A DNA stretch of 64,000 nt from assembly GCA_046483495.1 (NCBI GenBank), contig JAWODC010000070.1, positions 1 to 64,000 of the forward strand, in the 5' to 3' direction. This stretch comes from Desulfobacterales bacterium (GTDB taxonomy: Bacteria; Desulfobacterota; Desulfobacteria; Desulfobacterales; UBA5616). A program made the position numbers and the translations under genes. The notes beneath the pieces are model-generated. The model was given only the letters and a program-made list of their open reading frames with translations, made no database searches and was not told where the DNA came from. Below, piece by piece: positions 34,268-43,796 of this stretch (position 1 is its first letter; every line of letters begins with the position of its first letter).

Positions 34268-35680
34268 ATGAAACAGGATACCATCGCCGCTATTGCAACA
34301 CCTCTTGGTACGGGCGGCATTGGCATTATCAAGATATCGGGAACAGAAGCATTTCGTATTGTTTCCGCCCTCTTTCAGAGATCCGGAGAATCCCGAACGG
34401 AGCACCCCCCCGCTTCGACTTTTGCAGCATATCCGAAATCCCGTCGAATTTTTCACGGTTTTATTCACGATCCATCAAATGGGCACGTGGTGGATGAAGT
34501 TCTTGTAACCATGATGCCCGGCCCCAAATCTTATACCTGTGAAGATGTTGTTGAAATTAACACGCATTCCGGCGCCCTAGCGTTGAAACACGTTTTGGGG
34601 CTGGTGCTGAAGCAGGGGGCAAGGCTTGCTTTACCGGGTGAATTCACGAAGAGAGCCTTTTTAAATGGACGAATTGATTTAACACAGGCCGAAGCGGTTA
34701 TCGATATTATCGAGGCCAAGACGAACTGTGGTCTTCGGTTGGCGGCAATGCAGGCGCGTGGAGCACTTGGAAAAGCCGTCGAAGATGTTTTAGAGCACCT
34801 GTCGAGCGTGATTATCGATATCGAAGCCCACATCGATTTTCCCGAAGATCTCGAGGGGGATATAAATACGGACGAGGCGTGTTATGTGATTGAGCAGGAT
34901 GTTGTTCGACCCCTGAGAACCCTTCTATCTCAGTTTGAAGTCGGGCGCCTTATCAAATATGGTGTTCGCACGCTTATCGTAGGCAAGCCCAACGTGGGAA
35001 AATCCAGCCTGATGAACTGTCTGCTGAAAAAGGACCGGGTCATCGTTTCTCCTGTTCCCGGAACGACCCGGGACTTTATTGAACAGGAAAGCCGATTGGA
35101 AACGCTGCCCGTCATTTTTGTGGATACGGCCGGGTTGCATGAAACCGGGGATTTGATCGAAAATATCGGCATAACGAAAACCTATGAACACATCGAGGAG
35201 GCCGATATCGTCTTGCATGTTTTAGATATGAGCAACCCTCTTTCGAAAGAGGATGTCGCTATACAAGATCGGATACGATCCAAGATTCACATTCTTGTAA
35301 TGAACAAAATGGACCTTGCCGGAGATTCGTCTTTCGATATTCCGGAAGATTGGTGCCATTCGGCTGCAGTACAGACATCGGCATTGTATTGCCGGGGGAT
35401 TGAAGACCTGGAGAAAAGGATATTCGACTGTGCCACCGAAAACAAAGAAATCGATGTCGGCGCCGATGGCGTTGCAATCAATGTGAGGCATAAACAAGCG
35501 ATTGAATATGCACTTCGATGCATTGAAGCCGGCCTGTCGGGATTACGCGAGAATTCTTACCCGGAGTTGATCGCCATTGATTTACGTGAAGGAATAACGT
35601 ATCTAGAAGACATTATCGGACTCAATATCAAAAACGATGTATTGGAACAGGTATTCGAAAAATTTTGTATCGGGAAATAA
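34268..35680 (+). CDS. mnmE: tRNA modification GTPase MnmE
   Basis: DTIAAIAT, GKPNVGKSS, GTTRD, DTAG, NKMD, FCIGK. Confidence 0.97.
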   Translation: MKQDTIAAIATPLGTGGIGIIKISGTEAFRIVSALFQRSGESRTEHPPASTFAAYPKSRRIFHGFIHDPSNGHVVDEVLVTMMPGPKSYTCEDVVEINTHSGALALKHVLGLVLKQGARLALPGEFTKRAFLNGRIDLTQAEAVIDIIEAKTNCGLRLAAMQARGALGKAVEDVLEHLSSVIIDIEAHIDFPEDLEGDINTDEACYVIEQDVVRPLRTLLSQFEVGRLIKYGVRTLIVGKPNVGKSSLMNCLLKKDRVIVSPVPGTTRDFIEQESRLETLPVIFVDTAGLHETGDLIENIGITKTYEHIEEADIVLHVLDMSNPLSKEDVAIQDRIRSKIHILVMNKMDLAGDSSFDIPEDWCHSAAVQTSALYCRGIEDLEKRIFDCATENKEIDVGADGVAINVRHKQAIEYALRCIEAGLSGLRENSYPELIAIDLREGITYLEDIIGLNIKNDVLEQVFEKFCIGK

Positions 35681-35682
35681 AA

Positions 35683-35698
35683 TGTTTCACGTGAAACA
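35683..35698. promoter_or_regulatory. parS: parS centromere-like site
   Basis: Exact TGTTTCACGTGAAACA consensus inside a 20-bp perfect palindrome (35681-35700). Confidence 0.9.
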
Positions 35699-35705
35699 TT
35701 AATGA

Positions 35706-35840
35706 GAGTCCACCCAGAAACAGGAAAATGCGCTCCCCTTCAAGGCGGCGGGGAATTTCAACCAGGAAACGTTATGTATTTTGAGGTCTTACATTCCCGC
35801 CAACCAAGAAATGGAGTGAATCAGCCATTTCTGGTGTCAT
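35706..35840 (-). repeat. Dispersed MITE-like repeat, copy B
   Basis: Reverse complement reads CCAGAAATGGCTGATTCACTCCATTTCTT...GCCTTGAA...TTTCTGGGTGGAC. Confidence 0.75.
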
Positions 35841-35852
35841 TAAGGAGGAAAA

Positions 35853-36566
35853 ATGAATATTGACATAGCGATTGAACCGTTCTTCACACAGTATGAAGCG
35901 TTGTCGAAGGCGGCCGACGCCATTTTTGAAAAGGTAAAACAAGAATTCCCGGAATGTGTAAAATGCCGGATTCAATGTACGGACTGCTGCTATGCGCTTT
36001 TTGATCTTTCTCTTATAGAGGCGATGTATATCAATTATCGGTTTAATGAGGCATTCGAAGAGCAGGTAAAGGCTGATGTTATTGAAAAGGCAAACCGGGC
36101 GGACCGCATCATTCACAAAATCAAGCGTCAAGCCCACAAGGATTTCGAGAACGGCAAAAAAGAAAGCGACATTTTAGCGGAAGTGGCTAAAGAAAAGGTT
36201 CGATGCCCGCTGCTCAATTCCCGGAATCGTTGCGATTTGTATGCGTCTCGTCCCATTACATGCCGTCTGTACGGAATCCCGACCGAAATCGGGGGCTTGG
36301 GACGAACCTGTGGACAATCGGGCTTTCATCCGGGCCGGCCGTATCCGACGGTTCATCTGGATATGATTCATCAGAAGATGTATGAACTTTCAGAGCGGTT
36401 TTGCGCATCCATCAAAACGCGGTACGCCGGGCTTCCGGAACTCTTGGTGCCACTTTCCATGGCACTTTTGACGAATTATAATGAAGAATATCTCGGCATC
36501 CAAACACCCGAAATGGATGAAGATGAAAGGGCCTCGAATTATGGTCAAACGCTCGGCAGAAGATGA
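35853..36566 (+). CDS. YkgJ-family Cys-cluster (Zn/Fe-chelating) protein
   Basis: C...C..CC, CPLL...CDLY..RP..CRLY; AAGGAGG RBS. Confidence 0.85.
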   Translation: MNIDIAIEPFFTQYEALSKAADAIFEKVKQEFPECVKCRIQCTDCCYALFDLSLIEAMYINYRFNEAFEEQVKADVIEKANRADRIIHKIKRQAHKDFENGKKESDILAEVAKEKVRCPLLNSRNRCDLYASRPITCRLYGIPTEIGGLGRTCGQSGFHPGRPYPTVHLDMIHQKMYELSERFCASIKTRYAGLPELLVPLSMALLTNYNEEYLGIQTPEMDEDERASNYGQTLGRR

Positions 36567-36894
36567 ACTACGAAAAAAGACGATTTTTGACAGCATGTCC
36601 CCACGCCGCCAAAAGCACATTTTGAATAAGGGATATGACAAATGGGATCCTTTTATCGAACCTCAAGACCCCATAGACATTCGGCGCGACAAGACAAAGC
36701 GGACATCCCAGGGCCTTATTTCGGCTTTTCTTCAGTCGACGGATTCGGAAAAGTACAACAACGAATACGGCCGAGGAGCATTTGAGATCTGCATGGGAAT
36801 TATCAACGACAGCAACCGCTATAAGGGTATGTATGATTTTGCCTGTTGGTATCAGGAACTGCTCAAAAAAGAGGGGTATGATCGTGGGGAATAG
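36541..36894 (+). CDS. Hypothetical protein
   Basis: Overlaps YkgJ stop; protein-like composition (WDPF.EP.DPIDIR); followed by a hairpin. Confidence 0.65.
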   Translation: MVKRSAEDELRKKTIFDSMSPRRQKHILNKGYDKWDPFIEPQDPIDIRRDKTKRTSQGLISAFLQSTDSEKYNNEYGRGAFEICMGIINDSNRYKGMYDFACWYQELLKKEGYDRGE

Positions 36895-36956
36895 GTTCTA
36901 ACGGCGACATCGATACGGTCCGCCGCTTACACCAAGGATCAGTCCGGTTTGCCTCG

Positions 36957-37003
36957 AAGCCCGACGGACAAGGAATATTACTTGCCATGCCTTCGGGCTT
37001 TTT
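36957..37003. terminator. Probable terminator between convergent genes
   Basis: AAGCCCGA...TCGGGCTTTTT. Confidence 0.45.
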
Positions 37004-37046
37004 GGCGGCAAAAAATCGATCAGACACATTGAAGCTTCCAAAATGA

Positions 37047-37499
37047 TTATGAAACAACCATCAATACGTCACCGGTACCCACCTGCGCACCCGATTTGAC
37101 TCGAATTTCAGAAACAGTGCCGGCGACGGTGGATTGTATATCATTTTCCATTTTCATCGCCTCAACCACAGCTACGGATTGGCCCACGGAAACCGTGTCT
37201 CCCACATTTACCTTTATCTGTAAAACCAACCCCGGTATGGGCGATACAATGGCGCCCGCACCCGCGGTAACCGCAGTTTTTTTCGGTGCCGGTGCCGCTT
37301 TGGGCGCGGGAGCTGGCGGTGTCGGTGCCGGTTGGGCCGGTTGAGCCTGGGAAATCGTAGGCGCCGGTTCGATTGCATTGTAATTTTCTAACATAACCTC
37401 ATAGGGTTTTCCATTTACGGCCACTCGGGCGATACCCTCGCTGACATCCTCAACCTCCACTTCGAAATCCTGTTCGGCGATTTTAATTTTGTAGATCAT
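37047..37499 (-). CDS. Biotin carboxyl carrier subunit of a Na+-translocating decarboxylase
   Basis: Ala/Pro-rich linker, EAMKME biotinylation motif. Confidence 0.92.
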   Translation of the reverse strand: MIYKIKIAEQDFEVEVEDVSEGIARVAVNGKPYEVMLENYNAIEPAPTISQAQPAQPAPTPPAPAPKAAPAPKKTAVTAGAGAIVSPIPGLVLQIKVNVGDTVSVGQSVAVVEAMKMENDIQSTVAGTVSEIRVKSGAQVGTGDVLMVVS

Positions 37500-37521
37500 T
37501 ATAAAACTCTCCTTTATCAGG

Positions 37522-38451
37522 TTATCGGTTATACACGGACAGGCGATCGTTCATAATACGTGTGCGCCCGCTGGCGGCCCAGGCCGGGGATGCGCCCCGT
37601 TTTCCAACCGGGCCGGCATGGGTTCGCCGTTTCTCAGTAAAATGAAGATGAAGACCAACGGCTATGGCCGCCGCGATTTCCTGCGGCACGGCTCCCTCCA
37701 AATCAGAAGGCTCGGGTGCTGAAACCGGCTCGGGAGCAGGTGGTTCGCCTTTTGCACCTCCGGCCGGGAAAGAGGGTTTTTCCAGCTTGAGAAAAACCCT
37801 TCCTGAAATCAGCATGCCGATCATTAACACTGTAAGCACAAGAAAAATACCGAAAAACCGAATAAACAGGGTCCCTAAAGCATATCCCCAAAAAGAGTCT
37901 CGGGGACCGGCGATCAGGGTGATTTCACCGTTTTCTTCGCCGTCTGCATCGAAGGGCCCGCCGTCTTGTAAGCGAAGCGTCATTTTCTGAAGCTGTTCGC
38001 CTGCAGTGACATTTTCAACTCCGGAGGCCGCCCAGGCCGGTGACGTTGTCGGGTTGTAGACGTAAAGCTGGGTGGAGCTGATGAAAAAGTCCGAGGTCAG
38101 GGAAAGCGTAGCCTCTCCGTTGGGGCCGAGTTGGTCTATTTGGATTACGAACAGGGATGACTTGAAATTTTTGACGTCTACTTCAGGAGTAGCGGCCTCG
38201 AAAAAGTCCATTCCCTCCACATCGACCAGTCTTCCGCCGTTGACGTTGAAGGCAATCTGAATGCTCGTGTTTTTGGCTCGGGGAATCAATTTGGCGATAA
38301 TGGTATCATTTTCCCGCCTGAACGTGGGTGCCGGCTTTTCTGTTTTTTCCTCTCCGAATAAGGCCGCAGAAGCGGGAGCGGCAAAGAGAAGCAGTACAGT
38401 CAGCACCATCGGTAATCCCCATAATATGTTTTTACGCTTTTTCTGTATCAT
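37522..38451 (-). CDS. OadG/delta-type decarboxylase subunit with a large exported N-terminal domain
   Basis: Signal peptide, ~160-aa beta-rich domain ending LQDGGPFDADGEENGEI, then TM helix, Pro linker, AAAIAVGL and W...GR motif. Confidence 0.7.
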   Translation of the reverse strand: MIQKKRKNILWGLPMVLTVLLLFAAPASAALFGEEKTEKPAPTFRRENDTIIAKLIPRAKNTSIQIAFNVNGGRLVDVEGMDFFEAATPEVDVKNFKSSLFVIQIDQLGPNGEATLSLTSDFFISSTQLYVYNPTTSPAWAASGVENVTAGEQLQKMTLRLQDGGPFDADGEENGEITLIAGPRDSFWGYALGTLFIRFFGIFLVLTVLMIGMLISGRVFLKLEKPSFPAGGAKGEPPAPEPVSAPEPSDLEGAVPQEIAAAIAVGLHLHFTEKRRTHAGPVGKRGASPAWAASGRTRIMNDRLSVYNR

Positions 38452-38461
38452 GTGCGACCTC

Positions 38462-39610
38462 CTACTGGAACATTGCGATGAACATGCCTGCGGCGGCGGC
38501 GGATCCGATAACACCTGCCAGATTCGGTCCCATGGCATGCATGATAAGCCAATTGTCCGGATCGGCTTTCAGCCCCTCGCTATGAGAAACCCGGGCCGCC
38601 ATGGGCACTGCTGAAACGCCTGCTGATCCAATGAGGGGATTGAGTTTCTCCTTTAAAAACCTGTTCATGATATGCACGGTCAAAATGCCCCCAAAGGTGC
38701 AGACGATAAAGTCTAAAAGGCCGAATGTGAAGATTAACAGGGGTTTCCAGTTTAAAAATACATCCGCATGCATTGTGGCGCCGACGGAAAGCCCCAGGAA
38801 AATGGTGACGATGTTCATCAGTGAATTCTGGGCTGTGTCGGATAGCCGTTTTACTACACCGCATTCGCGCATAAAGTTGCCGAACATGAACATGCCCATC
38901 AGGGGTGCCACCGCAGGGATGAGAAGGATGATAAGGATTGACGCAATCAACGGAAACAGAAGCTTTTCCCGCGGTGTCACATGACGCGTTTGGCGCATTT
39001 TAATTTTTCTCTGTTCCGGCGTTGTCATCAATCGCATGATCGGCGGCTGAATCAACGGAACCATAGCCATGTAAGAGTAGGCGGCCAAAGCATTTGCTCC
39101 CAATAACTGCGGTGCCAGTTTTGCCGTAAGATAAATGGTGGTCGGCCCGTCTGCACCGCCGATAATCGCGACAGAGGCGGCTTCCTTGAGGGTAAATCCA
39201 AAAAACAATACGCCGAGATAGGTGATGAAAACGCCGAGTTGGGCGCCTGCCCCGATAATCAATGTTTTTGGATTGGATATCAGTGGACCGAAATCCGTCA
39301 TGGCTCCGAGACCGAGGAATATGATGCAGGGAATAATCTCCCATTCAACACCATACTTATAAAATGCTCGAATGAGTTCAGGCGTTCCGTGTTCGGTAAA
39401 TCCCATCAGTGGAACCAGGGGAAAATTTACCAGGAAAATACCGAACCCGATGGGAACGAGCAGCAGCGGCTCGAATTTTTTGGCCACGGCCAGGTAAAGA
39501 AAGAAAAAGGCAATTAAGAGCATCAAGACTTCCTTAATCTCCAAATTGGGAATACCCGTTTGGGTAATCAGGATGCTCTGAATCAGCTCCCACACGTAGG
39601 ACCACGACAT
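38462..39610 (-). CDS. Na+-transporting decarboxylase beta subunit (OadB/MmdB/GcdB family)
   Basis: EPLLLVPIGFG, IIGGADGPT, AYSYMA, GVSAVPMAARV, MGPNLAGVIGS. Confidence 0.95.
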   Translation of the reverse strand: MSWSYVWELIQSILITQTGIPNLEIKEVLMLLIAFFFLYLAVAKKFEPLLLVPIGFGIFLVNFPLVPLMGFTEHGTPELIRAFYKYGVEWEIIPCIIFLGLGAMTDFGPLISNPKTLIIGAGAQLGVFITYLGVLFFGFTLKEAASVAIIGGADGPTTIYLTAKLAPQLLGANALAAYSYMAMVPLIQPPIMRLMTTPEQRKIKMRQTRHVTPREKLLFPLIASILIILLIPAVAPLMGMFMFGNFMRECGVVKRLSDTAQNSLMNIVTIFLGLSVGATMHADVFLNWKPLLIFTFGLLDFIVCTFGGILTVHIMNRFLKEKLNPLIGSAGVSAVPMAARVSHSEGLKADPDNWLIMHAMGPNLAGVIGSAAAAGMFIAMFQ

Positions 39611-39848
39611 TGTTTTCGTCTCCTTTCTTTATACGATGTCAGTTGCTTTTGGCGCCCTTCAAAACACCGGTAAATCGGCGCCCCGATCCTTCACAATATC
39701 GCTATGGCTGTGGCGGATATGTGTCGATTGAAAATCATTCACTTCGTTTTCGCAACAAAAATGGGACGCAGCGCCCAAATGATGCCCGCCGTACATTCAT
39801 TTTTTGCCTTTAACCATATGTTATTTAATTTCAGTCAATTACAATTTA

Positions 39849-40026
39849 TGAGCGGCCGCTCGACAAGTGTATTTATATGGTGAGAAACACACTTTGTCAA
39901 TATTTTTCTTCTTCAGGCCTTGTTCGAAAAATTAGGAAAAGAAAAAAATGACTTCGGCATTCGAATGAATTCACTTGACATGAAATAGCTATATTGTTAA
40001 TCAATAAACAAATGAGCGCTCGCTCA
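39849..40026. promoter_or_regulatory. Two palindromic operators in the divergent promoter region
   Basis: TGAGCG-GC-CGCTCG (39849-39862) and TGAGCG-CT-CGCTCA (40013-40026); TTGACA at 39975. Confidence 0.6.
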
Positions 40027-40176
40027 ATATGATGAACAACCGGACCCCTTACCTGATTGAAGGCGGGGCAAGTCCGGAAGCTTTTGGGGCTCTCATCCGG
40101 TTAATGCGCTGGCCCTACCCGGTTGAACCGGTTATGAAAAGCGCCGACGAAAACCTCTTTTCGACTTTTCAGGGTA

Positions 40177-40890
40177 ATGTCAGACTTACATCGAACCCGG
40201 GATATCCCGACGCAAATCAAGAACCCGGAACTGGTTGAGCGAAGGCGCCGGCAAATTGCCGATGCAGCGGTTCGTCTGTTCGTGTTAAACGGCTATGATA
40301 AGACCACGACCCGACAGATTGCCAGGGCTTCGCGCCTCTCCATCGGATCGTTATATGAATATTTCGCCACGAAGGAAGACGTGCTTTACCTGGTGATGGA
40401 CACCATCTACCAGGAAATCGAAAAGGCCCTTTCTTCCGTGTGCTCGAAAGGCGCCAAAGGAAGGAACGCTCTAAAAGATTTGATCCGGCAATACTTTCTG
40501 GTTTGTCACCGGATGAGCGACTATATGCTTCTTCTTTATCAGGAAACCCATGTCCTTACGAGAGAATGGCGAAAGCGGGTGTTAAAAAACGAACTCGGGA
40601 TAACAGGGATTTTTGAAACCATCGTCAGGGCCGTATTTGAAGCAAAGGGCTATAAAAATCCGAAGTCCCGGCACATTCAATTGACGGCCCACAACATCAG
40701 TGTAATGGCGCATATGTGGACGTTTCGGCGATGGGCGCTGGCACGGGACTGGGATATCGAAGAGTATATCGAGTACCAGACAGGATTTATCATGGCCTAT
40801 ATTGACAAACAGCTCGAAAGCGGCGAATATAAGTCCCATCATCCGGACGAAAACGAGCCGACCGGCGACCAGAGCGGGAGAAGGACATGA
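40177..40890 (+). CDS. TetR/AcrR family transcriptional regulator
   Basis: LFVLNGYDKTTTRQIA....SIGSLYEYF..KEDVL. Confidence 0.92.
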   Translation: MSDLHRTRDIPTQIKNPELVERRRRQIADAAVRLFVLNGYDKTTTRQIARASRLSIGSLYEYFATKEDVLYLVMDTIYQEIEKALSSVCSKGAKGRNALKDLIRQYFLVCHRMSDYMLLLYQETHVLTREWRKRVLKNELGITGIFETIVRAVFEAKGYKNPKSRHIQLTAHNISVMAHMWTFRRWALARDWDIEEYIEYQTGFIMAYIDKQLESGEYKSHHPDENEPTGDQSGRRT

Positions 40891-42062
40891 AAAAGGCGGT
40901 GATCGTAAGTGGGGTTCGAACTCCGATCGGCAGCTTTAACGGGACGTTGAGCACCATAGGGGCTACCGATTTAGGGGCCATGGTGATCAAGGAAGCGGTT
41001 CTTCGTGCGGGTATTGACCAAAAGGATGTCAATGAAGTCATCATGGGCATGGTGCTGCCGTGCGGGTATGGACAGAATCCCGCAAAACAGGCCTCTGTAA
41101 AAGCTCAAATGTCCTGGGAAACGGAATGCCTGACGATAAACAAAGTTTGCGGGTCCTCTCTTAAAGCCGTGATGCTTGCCGCACAGGCTGTGAGCGCGGG
41201 TGATGCGGATGTGGTGGTTGCCGGCGGGATGGAGAATATGAGCTTGGCCCCTTATTACCTTGAAAAAGCGCGTTTCGGATATCGCATGGGTCCGGGCGTT
41301 CTCCAGGATCATATGATTCACGACGGATTGTGGGATATCGTCAATGATTTCCACATGGGCGTGTCCAATGAACTCTGCGCGGAAAAATACGGGGTCAGCC
41401 GCGAAGATCAGGACCGATTCGCAGAACGATCCTACCAGCGGGCGCTCGATGCCGTTTCGTCCGGAAAATTCAGGGATGAAATTCTGCCGGTTCGCATACC
41501 GCAAAAGAAAAAAGAACCTGCTGTTTTCGTTGATGATGAATGCCCTCGGGAAACCTCGTATGAAGTTCTTTCGAAAATGAAACCCGCATTCAAGACCGGT
41601 GGTACAGGAACGGCTGGAAATGCTTCCATCATCAGCGACGGCGCTGCAGCAGTGGTGGTGATGTCCCGTGAAAAAGCCGAAGAGCTGGGGTGCCCGGTAA
41701 TGGCGGAAATCGGTGCTCAGGCATCCTATGGCATCGATATGAAATACGTGCTGGTAGCCCCGATGTGGGCAATTCCGAAGTGCCTTAAAAAACAAGGAAT
41801 TCAGATCAGCGATATTGAACTGTTCGAGATCAACGAGGCGTTTTCGGGATCTTCCCTGGCCATCTTGAGGGAACTGGACATCGATCCGGCCATTGTAAAT
41901 GTGAATGGGGGGGCCGTAGCATTGGGCCATCCCATCGGAGCCAGCGGATGCCGAGTCCTGGTGACCCTGCTCTATGAAATGACCAGGCAAGACAAAAAGG
42001 CCGGGTTGGCTTCATTGTGCCTGGGCGGCGGAGAAGCCGTGGCACTCGTTATCAAACGGTAA
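40887..42062 (+). CDS. Acetyl-CoA C-acetyltransferase (classical thiolase)
   Basis: INKVCGS, NEAF, GHPIGASG, CLGGG. Confidence 0.95.
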   Translation: MKKAVIVSGVRTPIGSFNGTLSTIGATDLGAMVIKEAVLRAGIDQKDVNEVIMGMVLPCGYGQNPAKQASVKAQMSWETECLTINKVCGSSLKAVMLAAQAVSAGDADVVVAGGMENMSLAPYYLEKARFGYRMGPGVLQDHMIHDGLWDIVNDFHMGVSNELCAEKYGVSREDQDRFAERSYQRALDAVSSGKFRDEILPVRIPQKKKEPAVFVDDECPRETSYEVLSKMKPAFKTGGTGTAGNASIISDGAAAVVVMSREKAEELGCPVMAEIGAQASYGIDMKYVLVAPMWAIPKCLKKQGIQISDIELFEINEAFSGSSLAILRELDIDPAIVNVNGGAVALGHPIGASGCRVLVTLLYEMTRQDKKAGLASLCLGGGEAVALVIKR

Positions 42063-42126
42063 AGGCCTGTCTGTCAGCCCGGCTTTCGGCCCACAGGGCT
42101 TGTGAGATGCGAATGAAAAAGGAGAT

Positions 42127-42978
42127 GTGATGGAGGTTAAAACATTGGGTGTTATTGGCGCCGGGCAGATGGGAAACGGCATTGCTCAGGTTGCGGCTCA
42201 AAGCGGACTTAATGTCATCATGCATGATATTCAGCAGGATTTTGTTCAAAAAGGGCTGGGCGTCATTGAAAAAAACCTGGCGCGGAACGTTGATAAAAAC
42301 AAAACCACGCCTGAAGAAAAAACCGCCGTGCTGAAACGTATCCAAACGACCACGAATTTGCGGGACATGGACACCGCGCATTTCGTCGTTGAAGCGGCGA
42401 CTGAACATGAGCCGGTCAAATTCGAGATATTTGAAAAACTGGATGATATGTGCGGTCCTGAAACCATTCTGGCGACAAACACGTCGTCCATTCCCATCGG
42501 CCGAATCGCCTCACGGACCAAACGACCGGACAAGGTGATCGGCATGCACTTTATGAACCCTGTTCCGGTGATGCGCCTGGTAGAAGTTATACGAGGTCTC
42601 GATACCTCTGATGAGACGTTCAAAATCACCTGGGATCTTTCAGAAAAATTTGGAAAAACACCCGCCGAGGCAAGCGATTATCCGGGTTTCATTGCAAATC
42701 GAATTCTATTGCCGATGATAAATGAAGCGGTGTACTGCCTGTATCACGGTGTCGGAAAACGCGAGGATATCGATACCGTCATGAAGCTGGGGATGAACCA
42801 TCCGATGGGCCCGCTCGCTTTGGCGGACCTGATCGGACTGGATACCTGTTTGGCAATCTTGGAAACACTTTACGAGGGTTTTAAAGATTCCAAGTATCGG
42901 CCGTGCCCACTGCTCCGGAAATATGTAGAAGCCGGTCGTCTGGGCAGAAAAAGCGGCCGGGGTTTTTACGAATATTAG
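42127..42978 (+). CDS. hbd: 3-hydroxybutyryl-CoA dehydrogenase
   Basis: GAGQMGNG, NTSS, GMHFMNP, GFIANR, HPMGPL. Confidence 0.93.
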   Translation: MMEVKTLGVIGAGQMGNGIAQVAAQSGLNVIMHDIQQDFVQKGLGVIEKNLARNVDKNKTTPEEKTAVLKRIQTTTNLRDMDTAHFVVEAATEHEPVKFEIFEKLDDMCGPETILATNTSSIPIGRIASRTKRPDKVIGMHFMNPVPVMRLVEVIRGLDTSDETFKITWDLSEKFGKTPAEASDYPGFIANRILLPMINEAVYCLYHGVGKREDIDTVMKLGMNHPMGPLALADLIGLDTCLAILETLYEGFKDSKYRPCPLLRKYVEAGRLGRKSGRGFYEY

Positions 42979-43003
42979 CAGCGGGTGCCGGAAATTTTAG
43001 TCG

Positions 43004-43123
43004 GTGCCCACCCGGAAATGGCTAATTCACTTCATTTCTTCGCCGGCGAAAAATTTAGACCAGTGGTTAAACTTTCCCGGTCGCCTTGAACTGAAGCGAA
43101 TTTTCACATTTTCGTATGGACAC
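43004..43123 (+). repeat. Dispersed MITE-like repeat, copy C
   Basis: Imperfect terminal inverted repeats GTGCCCACCCGGAAATG ... CATTTTCGTATGGACAC. Confidence 0.75.
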
Positions 43124-43126
43124 GGG

Positions 43127-43612
43127 TTAATGATCTTTGAAAATTTCAGCGGCATGTTCGATATCTTCAGGGGAAAAGACAAACAGGCATTTTTGATCCG
43201 GCGAAGATACCGAGCCATACACGTAATTAATATTAATGCCCTCTTCACCGAATGTTTTGGCCACCTCGGCAAGAGCGCCGGGAGTGTTTTCAAGCTCTAA
43301 AGCGATAACCGGCATAATATCGAACAAGTAGTTGTTTTTGCTTAAAAGGTCCAGCGCCTTATCCGTATTATCAGCTAAAAGCCGAATCAGGGCGAATTCC
43401 GCCGAGTCTTTCCTCATTGAATTGTAGCTTGCGGCGGAGGCGATGCGTTTCAAGGATTTGCCTCGGGCCATAAACAACTCTTTGACGTAGCTCGAGGCGT
43501 CCTGAATCGTGAGAGCATCTATATTGATAGCGGCTTCTGAAAATAACGAGGCGAGTTTCCCGAGTTCCCCGGGGACATTTTTTAAAAAAAGGGATATTTC
43601 AGTCCGAACCAT
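43127..43612 (-). CDS. Tandem ACT-domain protein
   Basis: LKNVPGELGKL...INID and LENTPGALAEV...ININYVY; AAGGAG RBS. Confidence 0.85.
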   Translation of the reverse strand: MVRTEISLFLKNVPGELGKLASLFSEAAINIDALTIQDASSYVKELFMARGKSLKRIASAASYNSMRKDSAEFALIRLLADNTDKALDLLSKNNYLFDIMPVIALELENTPGALAEVAKTFGEEGININYVYGSVSSPDQKCLFVFSPEDIEHAAEIFKDH

Positions 43613-43796
43613 CGGCAGCTCCTTGTGTTTCAATAATGGTGCAAAACGATGAAATCCAATTGAATCACCCGGCATTCTCCTCAAGGCGAACGAAACGGTG
43701 ATGATGCGGTTATAGTGAAAACAGGCAAATTAGTCAACTCCAAAGGCCGGCGCAGATTGTCCGGCATATTGAACATTTAAAATATGGTGGCGGGTA

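Noticed and set aside
40029..40238. 69-aa ORF upstream of the second tetR
   Set aside because: No RBS, overlaps tetR, and lies in the probable 5' leader next to the operator
40971..41990. 339-aa antisense ORF over the thiolase, and similar shadow ORFs throughout the track
   Set aside because: Antisense shadows of confident genes caused by codon bias; no motifs or RBS
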